Part shown: one piece after another, positions 38,333-39,130 of the stretch | Layout of the letters: the number at the start of each line of letters is the position of its first letter | Position numbering within the stretch: the stretch's first letter is position 1 | Source: a virus | Lineage: Duplodnaviria > Heunggongvirae > Uroviricota > Caudoviricetes | Strand: one strand, 5' to 3' | Length of the DNA: 39,130 nt | Virus record (IMG/VR): IMGVR_UViG_2563366972_000008 | Location: 1 to 39,130 of that record | Made by a program: the position numbers and the translations under genes | Notes under the pieces: generated by a model | What the model saw: the letters and a program-made list of their open reading frames with translations, nothing else | The model's database searches: none | What the model was told of the DNA's origin: nothing

Positions 38333-39130
38333 ATGATTAAGTGGCCCTGGAAAGTACAAGAATCAGCACATCAAACTGCCCTTCCCTGGCAGGAAGCACT
38401 ATCGATCCCCCTTTTAACGTGTCTGACGGAACAGGAACAAAGCAAATTAGTCACTCTTGCCGAACGTTTTTTACAGCAAAAGCGGCTTGTTCCTTTACAG
38501 GGCTTTGAACTGGATTCATTAAGAAGCTGCCGGATAGCACTTCTATTTTGCCTACCCGTTCTGGAGTTAGGACTGGAATGGCTGGATGGTTTTCATGAAG
38601 TCTTAATTTATCCTGCGCCATTTGTGGTCGATGATGAATGGGAAGACGATATCGGTCTGGTGCATAACCAACGTATTGTTCAGTCAGGTCAGAGCTGGCA
38701 GCAAGGGCCTATCGTTTTGAACTGGTTGGATATACAAGATTCTTTTGATGCTTCTGGTTTTAACCTGATTATTCATGAAGTCGCTCATAAGCTGGACACC
38801 CGTAACGGCGATCGCGCCAGCGGAGTTCCCTTTATTCCGTTGCGTGAGGTTGCTGGCTGGGAACACGATCTTCATGCTGCAATGAACAACATTCAGGAAG
38901 AAATCGAATTGGTTGGCGAGAATGCGGCGAGCATTGATGCTTATGCTGCCAGTGATCCTGCTGAATGTTTTGCCGTACTTTCTGAATATTTCTTTAGCGC
39001 CCCAGAACTTTTTGCTCCTCGTTTCCCTTCATTGTGGCAACGTTTCTGCCAATTTTATCAACAAGATCCTTTGCAGAGACTGCATCGCACTAATGATACA
39101 GACTCGTTTTCGGCGACGAATGTTCATTAA
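38333..39130 (+). CDS. mtfA: MtfA (Mlc titration factor A, zinc peptidase)
   Basis: Translation from ATG 38333 ([23 protein letters not shown]..., HEVAHKLD zinc motif) matches E. coli MtfA as recalled; host gene flanking the prophage. Confidence 0.85.

Overview
This window is almost entirely one lambdoid prophage lying in reverse orientation and integrated at a tRNA-Ser (serU-like) gene next to host mtfA (right edge). From left to right: a lambda-type tail module on the minus strand (stf fragment, lom, J, I, K, L, M, H, G/T, V, U, Z), an HK97-type head and packaging module (adaptors, major capsid, protease, portal, TerL, TerS, HNH), a phage-21-type lysis cassette (Rz/Rz1, SAR endolysin, pinholin), four tRNA genes, antiterminator Q, RusA, a YdfU-like gene, a hok/mok-like toxin locus, O/P-like replication genes with iterons, a divergent cro-like/repressor switch, a Qin-like dicA-ydfABC-dicF-dicB-ydfD early operon, an 823-aa exonuclease-like gene, xis and int. 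All product calls rest on reading the translations and on recalled family resemblance; no database search was run. The best candidate for an undescribed system is an AT-rich, plus-strand operon of three predicted membrane proteins (22573-24120) wedged between Q and the tRNA/lysis region. A second candidate is a reverse-oriented zinc-ribbon gene (32868-33299) inside the dicB operon.
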